Source: Vicugna vicugna (lineage: Eukaryota). Taken from it: a stretch of 64,000 bases of DNA. Below, in pieces: positions 40,061 through 53,689 of the stretch. The notes beneath the pieces were generated by a model, which saw only the letters and a list, made by a program, of their open reading frames with translations, made no database searches and was not told the origin of the DNA. The position numbers and the translations under genes are program-made. Location of the stretch: positions 5,812,066 to 5,876,065 of the forward strand of contig MU058221.1 of NCBI GenBank assembly GCA_013265495.1. The letters are read 5' to 3'. How positions within the stretch are numbered: position 1 is the stretch's first letter; each line of letters starts with the position of its first letter.

Positions 40061-42499
40061 ATAACCTGGATTTTAACCTTGGGGGAGACCCTGAGCTGAA
40101 GACACTGAGCCAAGCCACACCTGCATCACTGACCAACAGAAACCATAAGGTAATAAATGTTTGTCATTTTAAGCTACTAAGTTATGAGGTAATTTGTTAT
40201 GCAGCAATAGGTAACTAATACATATGGTTGGCTCAGTCTCAGTCTTCATGGCTTAGCTCAAGTGTCACCCTCCTGAGAGAAGCCTTTCCTAATGACCCTG
40301 GCTAAAGTAACCTTCTTTCTCCCCTGTCTCTTCCCAAAGTCACTTTTTAAGATAGTGTCCTGTTTTCTTTCTTTCCTAGCACTTCTCACCAGTTTGAATG
40401 AATTCATTTCCTTGGATATTGTCTGACATCCCACAATTAGAATGTAAATTCCTTAAGGGTAGGGCTGATGCTTGCCTTGTTCACTGCTGTATCTCCAACT
40501 CCTAGAATGATGCCTGGTTCAGACACTTGTTGAATAAATGTAAGAGAGTAATGATTCTGCATTATTTGCTCCAGAAATTTCCTGGTGTTTAACAGAGCCA
40601 AATGCTATGAACCAAGCATAATCTGTGCTTTGATAATAACTTTGACAGCCAACAAATCTTGGAGCTGTTTTCAGATTTTAAAACAAGATCTGCTTTTATT
40701 TTATGATCAGGAAGTAACTTGCCAGAGTCACAAAGCTAGTAAGCTGTGGAGCTGGGATTCAAATCAAGATCTGAGTTCAAAGCCAATGCTGCTGCTGCAA
40801 AAAAAATTAAAACTATTTAAAACGAAACAGAAGACAGGAGACAATCATCAAGGGGATCGTGAAGCAAGCAGAGTACTTTACTGGAGACCATGTGATAATA
40901 ATTCATGAATAATGGAAGTGGAAGGCAACATAGGACCCTGGGCTTACTTAGAAACCTCCTGTGTATGAAAAGGGTCAAATGGGAGCAGGCTAACCACGAA
41001 GCGGTGTGTGGGAAAAAAATCCTTTCTCACAGTAAAAGCATCCACACTACGGCGCTTGCTGTCCACCCTCCTACCCCAGGTGGCTTTGTAGGTTCAGGTG
41101 CTTTCAATTTCCAGTTGTTTGTTGCTAGTATATAGAACATCCTGCATTGACGAAGAGAAGGAATGCAGATGGGGAGCGGGAGGAGATGGTACCACAGAAA
41201 ACATAATGAGTTTATTTTGGATTTGTTGAATTTAAGATACTTGTGGTATGTCCTGGTGGAGAGGAGTATTTGTCAATTGGATATGAAGGTCTAGAGTTCT
41301 GGAAGTGGTCCTGCTAGAGGCAGAAATTTGGGAGATCCCTGGCCCACAGGCAGAAGAACCTGGAAGGTAGATAAGGTTAGTGAGAATACTCATTGAGGTG
41401 GAGGGGTGGGCAGTGAGAAGGGAAGCCCAAGATAAAGGGAAAGATGTGGGTCTTAGAAGTCTGGGGGTTGAAAATTTCAAAAAGAGAGTAGATAAGGTAG
41501 ATAAGGACCGCAGAGTAACCTCTGGATTTGGAAACTAGATCATTGGTGAGCTTGCCATAGCGGTTTCAAAGGAGTGATAGGAGTTTGCAGCAAGTTGGGA
41601 AAATGGATGGAGGTAATCAGACTTCCCTTTTGAAAAATTTAGTCGCAGATAAAAAGAAAGATGACATTATCAAGGCCACGATCAGTTTTTTGTTTGTTTT
41701 TAAACTGACAGAGATCTAAGCGTGTTTATAGGTTACCAAGAGCGAGAGATTGAGCATGAAAGGAAGCCAATAATTGATGGAATATGATTCTGGAGTTGGG
41801 AATAGGAGATGAAGATTATGCGTTGAAATAGAGGGGTTAAATAGAAAGACAGCCATCTCATCCTGTGAGACTGATGGAGGGCACTAAGACCCTCTCCCTG
41901 CAAGGGGTCAATCATCAATTTGAGAGCACATCGCCTTGCTTGGTCATGTGGTTTGCCCCAGAAGCTTTCAGCAACATGGGTGTAGATGAAATGTTGGATT
42001 CTCTTAGGGTTCTTTACTGAGATTGTTTTCAGTTTTTCAATAGCTTAAGTAATGGCAAAAGTCATTTTTTATTAGTTCATTTTTCCTTAAAACATATAAT
42101 ATTACTAATATATTTGATTGCCTGATCTCATTTCTCTCCCCTTCTCCTTTGAGGTAGCCACTGTCCTGAAGTGCCAATATGTCATTCTCAAACAGCTAAA
42201 GTATTTTCATAGGATCCATAACTAAAACACAGCATTGTTCTGTATCTTTTAAAATTGGTGTCTTACTGTACTTATCATTCTGCAGCTTGCTTCTTTTACT
42301 CATTATTAGATTTCCTGAGATTTATCCACAGTGGCCTATGTGAATGAAATTAGCTCTGATTAGCTGTTGTGTGATTTTTCTGGGTATAAAATGCTACCAT
42401 TTATCAATTCTCCAGTTTTGTTTCAAGTGTTTCATTGTTACAAAAAATGAACATATGCAAGATTTTAATGATGATGATTAAAAGAATGCATTCTGTTTT

Positions 42500-44630
42500 A
42501 TTAAGTAATGCTTTATGAATGTCATTTAGATCAAGTTGCTTAAAAGTATTGTTGAAAGTTTTTGTGCCTTTACTGACTTTTTGCCTGCTTGTTCCATCAA
42601 TTACTGAAAGATACTAAACTCTTCAAAACACAATTGTAGATTTGTCTATGTCTCCATTTATTCTGCATTTTTTGCTTACTGTATTTTGAAGCTTTGTTAT
42701 TAGGTGCATATGCATTATAATGGTTATGTATTATTGAAGAATTGACCCTTTTATCTTTAAAACGTCCCTTTTTATTTCTATTCATACTCTGTCTTGATGT
42801 CTATTTTGTCTGATATTAACATTGCCATTCTAGCTTTATGATTAATAGTTGCATGGTATATATATATATATATTTAATTGATAGACTTTATTCTTAGAAC
42901 AGGTTTAGGTTTAGAGAAACATTGAGGAAAAAGTACAGAGAGCTCCTGTATATCTCCTTTTCCAACTGTCCTCTTTCCTAGCTTCCCATGTTGGTAAAAT
43001 TTTGCATTAGTGTGATACATTTGTTAACAATTGATACAAGAATATTTATACATTATTATTAAATAAGGCCATAGTTTACATTAGGGTTTATTCTTTGTGT
43101 TGCATGATTCTATGGGTTTTAACAAATGTATAATGTCATGTATTTTTATTTATTTTTTTAAATAATTTTATTACTATTTTATTACTAATTTTGCTTATTT
43201 TCTGGTTTCCTGAGGTAATTAGATTTATTAATTTTAGACCTTTCTTCTTTTCCAATGTATGCCTTTCATGGTATTAAACTCCCTCTAAGCACTGTTTTCA
43301 CTGTATTCCACAAATTTTGACTAAGTTGTATTCACATTGTCATTGACCTAAAAATAATTTTCAGTTTCTCTAGAGACTTCTCCTTGGACTCATTTATTAT
43401 TTAGAAGTGTGTTATTTAATTGCCAAAGATTTTGGGATTTTCCAGCTGTCTTTCTGTTTTTGATTTCTAGTTTACTTCCACTGTCACATGAGAGCACAGT
43501 CTGTATGATTTCTATTCTTTTAAATTTGTTAAGGTATATTTTATGAACAAGTATGTGGTCTTTCTTGGTGAATGCTCCACGTGAGCTTGAGGAGAATGTG
43601 CATTCTACTGCTGGATGAAATATTCTATAAATGTCAGTTAGATCCAGTTGCTTGATGTGCTGCTCAGTTCAACTATGTAACTGCTGACTTTCTGCCTGCT
43701 GGACTTGCCCATTGCCAATAGAGTAGTGCTGACATTTCCAAGTATAATAGTGAATTCATCTATTTCTCCTTGCACTTTTACCAGTTTCTGTCTCATTTAT
43801 TTTTATGCTCTATTGTTAGCTGCATACACATTAAGGATTGCTATGTTTTCTTGGAGAACTGACCTCTTTATCCCTGATAATTTTCCCTGCACTGAAGTCT
43901 GCTTTCTGCGAAATTTATGTAGCACATTAGCTTTCTTTTGACTAGCACTAGCATGGTGTATTGTTTTCCATATATTATTTTTAATCTGTGTCTTTATATG
44001 TTAAGTAGGTTTCTTTTAAACAGCACATAATTGAATTTGTTTTTTTATCCATTCTGACAATCTCTGTCTTAACTGTTGTATTTAGATCATTCATATTTAA
44101 AGTAGTTATTGATATATTTGGATTAAAATCTACCATATTAATAAGGATTTTCTATTTGTTGCCCTTATTTTTGTTTCTTTTTGGTCTTCCATTCTTTTTC
44201 TGCCTTCTCTAGTTTTAACTGAGCATTTTATATGATTCCATTTTGTCTACTCTCTTGGCATATCAATTATGCTTCTTTAAAAAGATTTTATAGGGGGAGG
44301 GTATAGCTCAGTGGTAGAGCACATGCTTAGCATGCACAAGGTCCTGGGTTCCTTCCCCAGTACCTCCATTAAAACAAACAAACAAACAAGGAAGCAAGCC
44401 AAATTATCCCCTCCCCCCGCAAATAAATAAATAAAAATAAAAAGTTTTTTTAGTGGTTTCCCTAAGGTTTGCAATCTACACTTACAACTAATTCAAATCC
44501 ACTTTCAAACAACACTATGATGTTTCTCAGGTGGTGCAAGTACTTTGTAACAGAGCATCACCAATGCCGCCATCCCATTTCTTAGAACACTGCTGTCATT
44601 CGCTTTACTTATCCATGAACTACAATCACT
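42500..44630 (-). mobile_element. Composite of old L1 fragments
   Basis: T-rich L1 antisense sequence (ctattttgtctgatattaac, tagaagtgtgttatttaat, gctctattgttagctgcatacacattaagg). Confidence 0.7.
44294..44437 (+). mobile_element. tRNA-Ala-derived SINE (vic-1 type) with 16-bp TSD (taaaaagattttatag / taaaaagtttttttag)
   Basis: gggtatagctcagtggtagagcacatgcttagcatgcacaaggtcctgggttc...agtacctcca followed by an (AAAC)n/(AAAT)n tail. Confidence 0.85.
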
Positions 44631-44639
44631 GAGAGCATG

Positions 44640-47205
44640 GGTTGTATTAGAACTGAATTATATAATAAACATTTCACATTTGGGGGTAATTTTCTCAATT
44701 ATGTCTACTGTTTCATATTTTATTCATGTTTGTGTTTTTAAACATGTGTGTTTGTCCAACATAATGACTTTTAAGGACAAGATGTGAAATGAAAGAGAAA
44801 GATTCTAGGCCTGAGCCCGTGGACCTTTCCAATCGTATTAATGACGAAGAATTTCAATCTTTTTTTTTTTAATTTTTTTATTGAGTTATAGTCATTTTAC
44901 AATGTTGTATCAAGTTCCAGTGAAATGATTATAAATCAATAAAAAATGTAAAAAAAAATTCCAGTGTACAGCACAATTTTTCAGTTATACATGAAAAGAG
45001 TTTCAATCTTTTGAAGCATCTCATGGTACTTGGGGACAATGGATTCTGGTAATCCAACTGTCTGTACTATCGGTATTAAACAGCTTACAAATTAAGCAAT
45101 GGCTCCCCACAAATTCCAAAGACACTTAAGTACAAATCCCAGTCATTTGACAAGCAAGGAGGCTGATTATTTTAAGTAGCTATTGGAATCTCAAAACAGA
45201 GTAAAATTGTTTTTTAAAAAGAGCCACAATTAATGAAAAGGCTCAAGAAGCAAGTTATTTCGTAGCATTTACTTATCGTCCAGAAAAGGAAGACTCACCC
45301 AGTTGATGAGAACCTAATAATGCAAGTGTGTAAAGTCAGAGTGAATAAGACACTAGGATAAGATGTAGTATGAAAAAATGAAAAAGTTTCTCTCTCTAGC
45401 AGTACAGTCAACATATTAGTGACACATAACATTATGCCAACAGTTTTGTGTGATAAACTGAACAATCACTTTTCTGTCCAGGTTGATGAGTCAACAGATT
45501 TTAATGAACAAAGAGAATTCTGACTTTCTTTACAACACACTGTTTTGTTTTGTTTCATAGAGAGGTGCTAAAGAAGAAATTTTAAAAGTCTAGATGATGT
45601 GACAAAAACGGCCCACGTCGTTAAAAAGAGACCAACTCACTCGAGAATATTTTTTAAACTGTATGACCACCTGGATAAAGAACACATAAATCTGCTACAA
45701 ACAGAAATCCAGTGGCTTAGCAGGAGCTTGGGCTAAAAGATGAATCAGAATCCCAAAGAAAACATTTTGACTTCAAATGGCAAGTTTCTTGAATTCAAAA
45801 AGAAATGGAATCTTCTGACAAATTATGTTGCAAAAGGAAATATTGACATGTTTCCACTGTTTGCGTTTGAAGGTGAGGAAGAGCCTCTGCAAGTCTCATG
45901 ATGAGACGTGGGAGAACCACAGAACCACATGGATGGTATGTTCCCTCCCTGTAAACACAGGGGCTAACTTGGGCAACTGACACTCGCTGAATCTTCTGCT
46001 CAGCCTGAGACCTGTGACTCTGAGAGAAGAACAGGACCTTTGTGAGCTGCAGTCTGATTGTACACTCACTCAAGATGAGACTAACTGATCTGCCTCTGCA
46101 CGAGTTCTGGATTCCTGTGAAAAAGTGGGATCCTGCTGCTATTTATGGGAAAATGATGAACATTTTGCTGAAGTGTTTAACTTCTCTTAAATGTGTAAAT
46201 AAGCTCCTTTATTATTTAACAAGCAACAGAAATAGTCTCATTTCAGTTGAAAATGAAATCTCTGTGTTGGACCAGCAAAAAATGAAAAAAAAATCATAGA
46301 TTTCAATTAAGAGGTAAATTTCATTTTTTAGCTTTGGTTTCAAAAAGAATAGTTTAAAAGCGTTGATATATCTGATAAAAAAGATCAAGAAAGTAAGAAG
46401 TCTATAAGAATTTTGCAATTGCTAGGCCCATTCGGGAATCTGATCATGTCACTCAGCAAGGAAATGCTCTTACCCTGTCTTGAATAAAACTCTCTTAGGC
46501 TGTATTTTTATTCATATTGCTTGGTTTACAGTTTTAGTAACTTTTCTTTTCAATATTGTCAATAAATTTCACATTCTAAATAACATTAATGAAAACCAAT
46601 TTATGACTTCTATGTAAATTAAATCTACTCCCCTACCTTTAAAAAGTTACATTTCATTTTGTCTTAAGCCAGTTATTTAACAAAAAGGTATTATATTTGC
46701 CTTATGAGTTTTAAATATTCGTAACAGGGCAATAAGGAGACAAATTTCAAGAAAGGTAAGCTAATCTTAACCATCTGATTCACTTTCAAAAACAGACAGT
46801 TAAAAGAAATTCTAATTTTAAATAAGGAAGGAAAATAGTCTTGCATACATTATATACTATATATCAACCTCATTAGAATATTATTTAATGGGAATCTGTG
46901 ATAAGAATTTCAGATCACTTGGTTAAGACAAAAAATCAAGTAGGTACTGTGAATTAACCTCTCGTTGGGAGGAAGAACCACATAAAATGGTAGGCAAATC
47001 AGTTAGCTAAAATAAATAGATCCTCAAAAAAAGTTATTCTCTACTCAGAAAAGCACTGGAAATAATTACTGGATTGTTATAACTACAATTTACTGATGCT
47101 AATGTACTATCAGCTGTAAGGGCAAAAAAAAATTATACAGAGGTTCTCTGAGACCTGAGAATTATTTCAAGAGTTCCTCCAGAGGTAAAAGATTGAGAAA
47201 CACTG
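44640..47205 (+). mobile_element. Decayed hAT-Charlie/Buster DNA transposon with transposase remnants
   Basis: FSVQVDESTD at 45470-45499; TEIQWLS near 45700; right terminal repeat TTGAGAAACACTG at 47193-47205. Confidence 0.75.
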
Positions 47206-47433
47206 TGCTAGTGAACCCTCGCGTGGCATCAAAAAATTGCATTATGCCTTCTCATCTCAATACAAAATATTATATAGGGTCTATCACTGAAAATTCTTAA
47301 AAAAAAGAAGATTAATCATGTTCATGACATAGTGAGGCAAATACATTGTGACACATCATGATATATAGAAAGCAAATACACTGTGACATGTCACAATATG
47401 CAGAAGGTATATCATGGGGTCAATTTATAAAGT

Positions 47434-47835
47434 TGTTAAAGAGAAAATCATCAGCCCAAAATGGTATCACTTTTGCTAAAGCCCATGACACCAAGTCTAG
47501 ATTTAATACCTGATCTAATTCTAGTTTCAGCCTTCCCCAGGAATGTCATCTTAGTTGGCCAGTCTGGGATTTTCTGATCCGCACTAGCGAGGCAATCTGT
47601 CACATGGGCCCCCTCTCCCACCCACCAGGGGAAGAATGCATGACAAAAGCCCCTGTTGTTCTCTTCCTTGCAGAAGAAGGTGGCCTGGTCTAAAACAACC
47701 CTTTCTCTTCTTTTGCTAATCCATCTTTCTGCCTATAAACTTCTTTTTTGTGCAACCCCTGGGAGTGCCTGTTTGCCAGATGGGATGCTGCTGACGGGAT
47801 GCTGAATACAGCCAACCAGACCTTCAGATTTGCTC
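47434..47835 (+). mobile_element. Probable ERV solo LTR
   Basis: Starts TGTTAAA; contains TATA-like cctataaa and a degenerate poly(A) signal region; about 400 bp. Confidence 0.55.
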
Positions 47836-50029
47836 AGCTGAACTTGTTTCTTAGCTGAGGTATGGTGGGCACAAAACGACATCATATGTGCTGAGGACAT
47901 GTGTTAATACTCTTTTCAAATGTTCGTAGTCAGTTCGCGTCAGTCTTCCTTATATTCTGATCTTTTTTTCTACTAGTAAACATTACCCTCTTCTGGAATT
48001 CTAGTAGGCTGTTACTCGTTTTTGAAAAGAGTAATGCCTGATTCTTGACCAGGGGCAAAAAGGCAGGAGCTCAGAATGAGCTGAACAGAAAAAAAAAAAA
48101 ATCACCTTACTCGTTTCAACACAAGGTGATTTAGAGGATTAATAATGGAGGCATTTGCCTCTTGCAGCAACAGAAGCTCGCTGCTTACACACTTCCCATG
48201 TGCTCTCCACGGGAGAGTGTCCAACAGCATAGTCCCTTCCCTGCCCTTGGGACAATAAGGAAAATCTGTCTTAAGTTTGTAAAATACAAAACGATCATAG
48301 TTTTGTATTTTAAATGTGACTTCAAATAACCTTGCATCAGGCCCATATGATCTATTGATCATTTGATAGGAAAAATGAAGAAAACAGAAAAGGGGGGATT
48401 AAACATAACTCATAATTATATCACTAGAAAAAGTAACCTGGTAAACCTAAAAACAAAGAGAAGAAGCTGTAGATACAATAATTAAGAGACATAAAGAGTG
48501 GTTGCCTTTCCCCTTCGTTATCATAATTATCCTCAAAAGGCCAGTTAAAAATATTTTCTTTGAGATAATTGTAGATCCACATGCAGTTCTTAAGAAATAA
48601 TGCAGAGAGATCCTACACAGGGAAATTTCACAACCAGGATACTAACATTGGTACAATGCATCAAATTTATTTAGCTCTCGCCAGGCTTACAGCACTCGAG
48701 TGTGTGTGTGTGTGTGTGTGTCTGTGTACATGCGTATGTTCAAGCCCACTTCTATGCAATTTTATCACACAGGTAGAATTGTGTGGCCACCAGAATCAAG
48801 ATACGGAAGAGTTCCATCACAAAGATCCCTCTTGTTCCCAGGGAAAGCGGGGCAATGACTCCCACTGTCTTGTTGTCTCTGAACGAGGATATAAACTCAG
48901 CTCCTGCTCAGTCTTCCAATACCACCCACCCGCTGGGGGAACTGAAGCGCCACCTGCTTTTGCCAGGCAGGAGATGGAAAGTCAGCTCCCCACTCAGCCC
49001 TGCCAAAGCCATCCTGCAGAGGAACTGGAGGGCTGCCTCCCATGTCCATGGATTAAGGGGGGTTGGGTGGAAGATTAAGTCCCTGCTCAGCTCTGCTGAA
49101 ACCACGCGGTGGGGAGAGGGTGTAGTTTTTCTGGTTTTGGCTGGAGTAGGACGGAAATTGCCAATAATGTTTTCATTGTTAGCCTACCTTTTTTCCATCC
49201 TTTGGTTAGTAAAACCAGGTTTTTCCTGGAGCTTTTATTGTTGGTGGTGCTGGGTTGGAGGTTTTTTGCAGTGCCCTATTTGAGATATGAGAGGAAACCC
49301 GTGAATTTACCAGCATGTCATTTCTCAAGTCCCAAGATGTCGCCCAACTTCAACCTTTCAAAATAGTCCTACGTTTGTTTTCTTGTGCTATGTCCGGGGC
49401 TTTTTAGCAACAACCTGGAGGAATGGGATTACTGCATGTTAGTGGAACTGCAAGTCTCCTCAAAAGATCATTTTTAAGCACTTGCTTAGTTTACTACCTG
49501 GAGTCTCCCCCAGGTTGTCAAAAGTCAAGAATCTTGTACTTCAGCAATTTGCAATCTATACTCTGCCCTGAATAGATGTATAGTAAGTACACAAGCAGAT
49601 ATGATTCAAGTGCATCTATAATAAGAAGAAATGACAGCACTCTAAATTTCTACAGGGCTTCAGGGTTTACAGAGTGCTTTCTCTCCCTTTATCTCTCTCT
49701 CTCTCTATATATATATACTCTTATACATTTACTAATGTATACATTTACTATATAAGGTATATTTATATTACTTTATAAATAAATATACATAACTAAACAA
49801 TGTTGCAAAGTAGGTGGAGTAGATATTACTTAAAAAAATAAATAAAGGCTGTTTGGTTAAGGTTCTTGCCTAAGGTTGAAAAGCTGGTAAACAGAAGTGT
49901 TACAATTTTTATAAATTTTAGCCCTGGGCTCCTATTACCTAACCACACTATCTAGGGTAAACGGTCTTTTGTTTTATTAGAAATCCCATGCTTAACAAGT
50001 AATCCTGGAGCATAATTTTGCTTTTTTGA

Positions 50030-50265
50030 GGTACAGTGGCTTACAGGTTTTGGAGTCAGAATCAAACTCAGATTCCAGCTCCACTGTGTATTAGTGGTGT
50101 GATTTTGGAAAAATCACTTAATCTCTTTGTGCCTCAGTTTCTTCATCCATAAAATGGGGATAAAAATATTTACTTCAAAAGATTGCTTTGGCTAATCATA
50201 CATTTAAAGCAAAGTGCCTGGCAAATTGTTAAGCACTCAATAAATGGCAGCTATTATTAGTATTA
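50030..50265 (+). mobile_element. MIR
   Basis: ttggagtcaga...ctctttgtgcctcagtttcttcatccataaaatgggg...aagcactcaataaatggcagctatta. Confidence 0.85.
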
Positions 50266-51910
50266 GGATAAATAAACAAAGCCAAAGGGGGGAAAAAAAC
50301 CCCACTACATTCCATAATGAGGAAGTAATGATTCAGACTCAAAACTTTCAAAAGCACAGAGGGTGCATCTCTCCATTCCTGTCTGGTTGTGTAGTATCTT
50401 GCATGTTGCTTAATAAACCCTGGCATCTCTGTAATTTTAGAACTGGAAGGAACTCGAAGGTTGAAGTTCATCTATTTCAAGCTTCTCATTTTACAGATAA
50501 GGAAACTGAGGCTGGGAGGGGTTGAATGAATTATTTCAGGGTTACAGTGCTAGCACCCTTCCTGCTACATCTGGTAAACCACACAAAAGAGTGAGCAGGA
50601 AGCAAAGGATAGGAAGACACCCCAGATTCCAGAAAGAAAAGATTCAAACCAACAAAACGTGATGGAACAGGTCCAAAAGGTGTAAATACCCGCTTACAGG
50701 CTGGGTGTCATATCCAAGGGCAATGCCTGCATATCATCCTCACAGAGCTCTTTAAGGGGGGAGGTGCCTAAACCAGTAGGCAACCAATCAGAAGTGTCCT
50801 GGGCTCTAGAGGTGGGAAGGGCTACAGTGGGAAGGGCTTTGCTGGTGAGAGAGGCATCTACCAACATGAGTGGTGCTGAGAGGTGGTGGTGGGGATGCAG
50901 ACGGAAGGGCATTACTATCAACACCGCCCGTCCACTCCCAGCAGTGGGTCCCAACGGCAGGCGCGTATCATCCAGCCAGCTAGCCGGCATGTCAGTGGCA
51001 ATACGCCCCAAACCACCCAGGAGAAGTAAAAGAAGTGAAAAACATTCAGATCATCATTTTTTGCTAGTAGTTAAGCTTTCACCCATTTGTTAAATTAATA
51101 TTAATAGCAATTTCCAGAAATGACTCATGGAGTTTCTTTTTTGGCTTGAAAACAATGAAAATTGATTTTTAAAGAAATGATGAAAAGGAGTATTATTTTT
51201 CGTAATTCACTATTTCATAATAACACATTTTGTCAGTTTACCCTTACTTTTCTATTGGCCATCAGCTAGAGCGGTCAGTCTCTTTCAGGTCTTTTTTTTT
51301 TTTTTTACAATTTTAATTATAAACATAGTCTTTCTTACCCGTATCTGAAAGTGTGTTTTGCGTAAAAGTGTATCTTTACAGTAGTTTTTTTAAAAATAGA
51401 TTCTCATATCTAAAAGGTGAAATTTTGACTTTTCCTATTTTTCCTCGGTCTAGTTTCAACCTTCTAAGAGTAAGTTAAAATGAAAAGAATACATACGAGA
51501 TATACTGAATAAGGCTGAGTGCTAAGCTACAGTTATATATAACAGCTATTAAACATTTCAAAAAGATGTCACAAGCAGTTCTAAAATCTCTGTTGTTGTT
51601 AGAGAAATGTTTTTAAGTAGACAAGAGAAGCAGCTTACAAAATAGTTGTGTGTAGTGAGAGCCATTCTTTATAAAACTGCACATATAGGTCTGTGTGTAT
51701 ACACAGGAAAAACTGCAAATTCACCTCGACTGTTAAAACTGATATTTTTTTTTTCTAGGTCTTGGGGTTTCATGGGATGATTATTTCTGTTGATCTATTT
51801 GAATTCTCTAATTTTCTGACAATGAATAGATATTTTGGTCATAAGACAAAAGGGTCTTTGTTTTTTCCTTCTCTTTCTTTGGTTGTTTCCTTAAATGCTA
51901 CAGAGGATGG

Positions 51911-52131
51911 GGTCAGGGGTGGGAAGGGATTTCAAAATGTAGAATAGACAAACAAGATTATACGTTATAGCACAGGGAAATACAGACAAGATCTTATGGT
52001 AGCTCACAGAGAAAAAAATGTGACAATGAATATATATATATATGTTCATGTATAACTGAAAAATTGTGCTCTACACTGGAATTTGACACAACATTGTAAA
52101 ATGATTACAACTCAATAAAAAATGTTTTAAA
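51911..52131 (+). mobile_element. Young L1 3' tip with perfect 18-bp TSD AAATGCTACAGAGGATGG (51893-51910 / 52132-52149)
   Basis: TSD seen directly; L1 3' UTR-type sequence ending ctcaataaaaaa. Confidence 0.85.
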
Positions 52132-52793
52132 AAATGCTACAGAGGATGGAATTTGGAGTGGAGGGGAGGACCAGAGCAAAGTCCAGAATGATTGCAAATG
52201 AAAAGTTCTTCTGATTGAACAGAATATGGGGGCAGGAGTCCATCTGATACTGGAGTGGAGTTTTTGTTGGTTGGTGTTTGCATGTGAGTGAATTCTTTTT
52301 TGTTGTGTGGTAAAAATACAACCACAGAAAAATAATTTGCAGTTGTTCTGAAAATGGCATTTCCCTCTGTTGCTTCCAGAGACCCTCCTCTGAGAAACCA
52401 AGGTTTAGGCTTAAAGCAATTGTGCACTGGGTAGGAAGGGCCAACATAAAGTAAGGAGGGACCACAAAGATCTCGGCCCTTACAAGAACTATTTCTCTCT
52501 CCTCGGTTAAATTTGAGGCCTCTTCTCTGCTTGTTTTATTCTCTTTCCCTTAATAATACCTAAAGCACTTATTCTATGCTGATTAAATTATGGGAAAGGA
52601 CAGAAAAGTCACCTCTGATGTAGGAGCTAACAATCTAGGTGAGCAAACAAGGTACATATTGGAAAAGTTAACTAAAAAACACGGAGGCAGAATGCACTTA
52701 AGCATTCAGTGACTTACACAGAGAAGTCCTACAGCAGTTAAAGGAGTGGCTGGTAACTTTAGTATAAGGTCAAGGTCTAGATCAGTAACATTC

Positions 52794-52976
52794 CTTTACC
52801 CTTGACTCTGGCAGTCTTGATTATGATATGTCTTGGTGTGGGTCTGTTTGGGTTCTTCCTGTTTGGGACCCTCTGAGCTTCCTGTACTTGGATACCTGAT
52901 TCCTTCTTTAAGTTTGCGAAGTTTTCAGTCATGATTTCTTCCAATACCTTTTCAGTCCCCTTTGATCTTTCTCCCC
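52794..52976 (-). mobile_element. Internal L1 ORF1 fragment with perfect 17-bp TSD and no poly(A)
   Basis: EKVLEEIMTENFANLKKESGIQVQEAQRVPNRKNPNRPTPRHIIIK; CTAGATCAGTAACATTC at 52777 and 52977. Confidence 0.88.
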
Positions 52977-52982
52977 CTAGAT

Positions 52983-53170
52983 CAGTAACATTCAATTGAA
53001 CTTCCTACAAAAATGAAAATGTTTGAACACAGTAGCTGCTAGCCATGTGCAGCTACTGACTAGCTGAAATGTGGTTAGTACAATTGAGAAAGTGAATTTC
53101 AAAGTTTTTAAATTCAAATTTTAATTTTAATAGCTACATATGGCTGGTCACTACCATTCTGAAAAGCGGT
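52983..53170 (+). mobile_element. MER3-like hAT MITE
   Basis: gctagccatgtgcagctact...gaaatgtggttagtac...aatagctacatatggctggtcactacc. Confidence 0.7.
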
Positions 53171-53689
53171 AGGCTGAGATCTAGAACGTAGCAATAGTTA
53201 AAGGTATCAATAGTAATAGGACTTGTCCTGTTACTTGAAGAAAGGAGAGGATCTGAGTAGTTGAGAATACAGAAAACCATTCTAGGATAAGAAAAAGCAT
53301 GAGTAAGCTGTGTTCAGTTCACTTTGAAAGTGTGAAAGTGCCCGGTGTTCGGATGGAATATTGTGATGGGTTGCTACGCTGGGCAGACTTTGTAGCTGAG
53401 AATTAGGATTTGAAACTGTAGGTAATACAGAGTCTTGATTATTTCTGACCGGTGGATAATAACAGTTCTTACCATGTGCCAGGCATTGTATTGAGTGCCT
53501 TACATGGATTGTTTGATTCAATTATTATAACAACATTTTGAGAGAATGAAGATTCACTTGGTGGCACTGCAGATAAAGGCAGGTAAGAGAAGCAATTATA
53601 ACCCTGGAAACATGTCAAAAGTACTAATGAACGTGAGGGATGTAGAAGCTAAAAAGCCTTATTTAGGACATTAGGAAATTAGACTCAAT

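Noticed and set aside
44294..44368. Apparent tRNA-Ala gene (also at 10774)
   Set aside because: Mutated T-loop/stems, 3' tail and TSD identify these as SINEs
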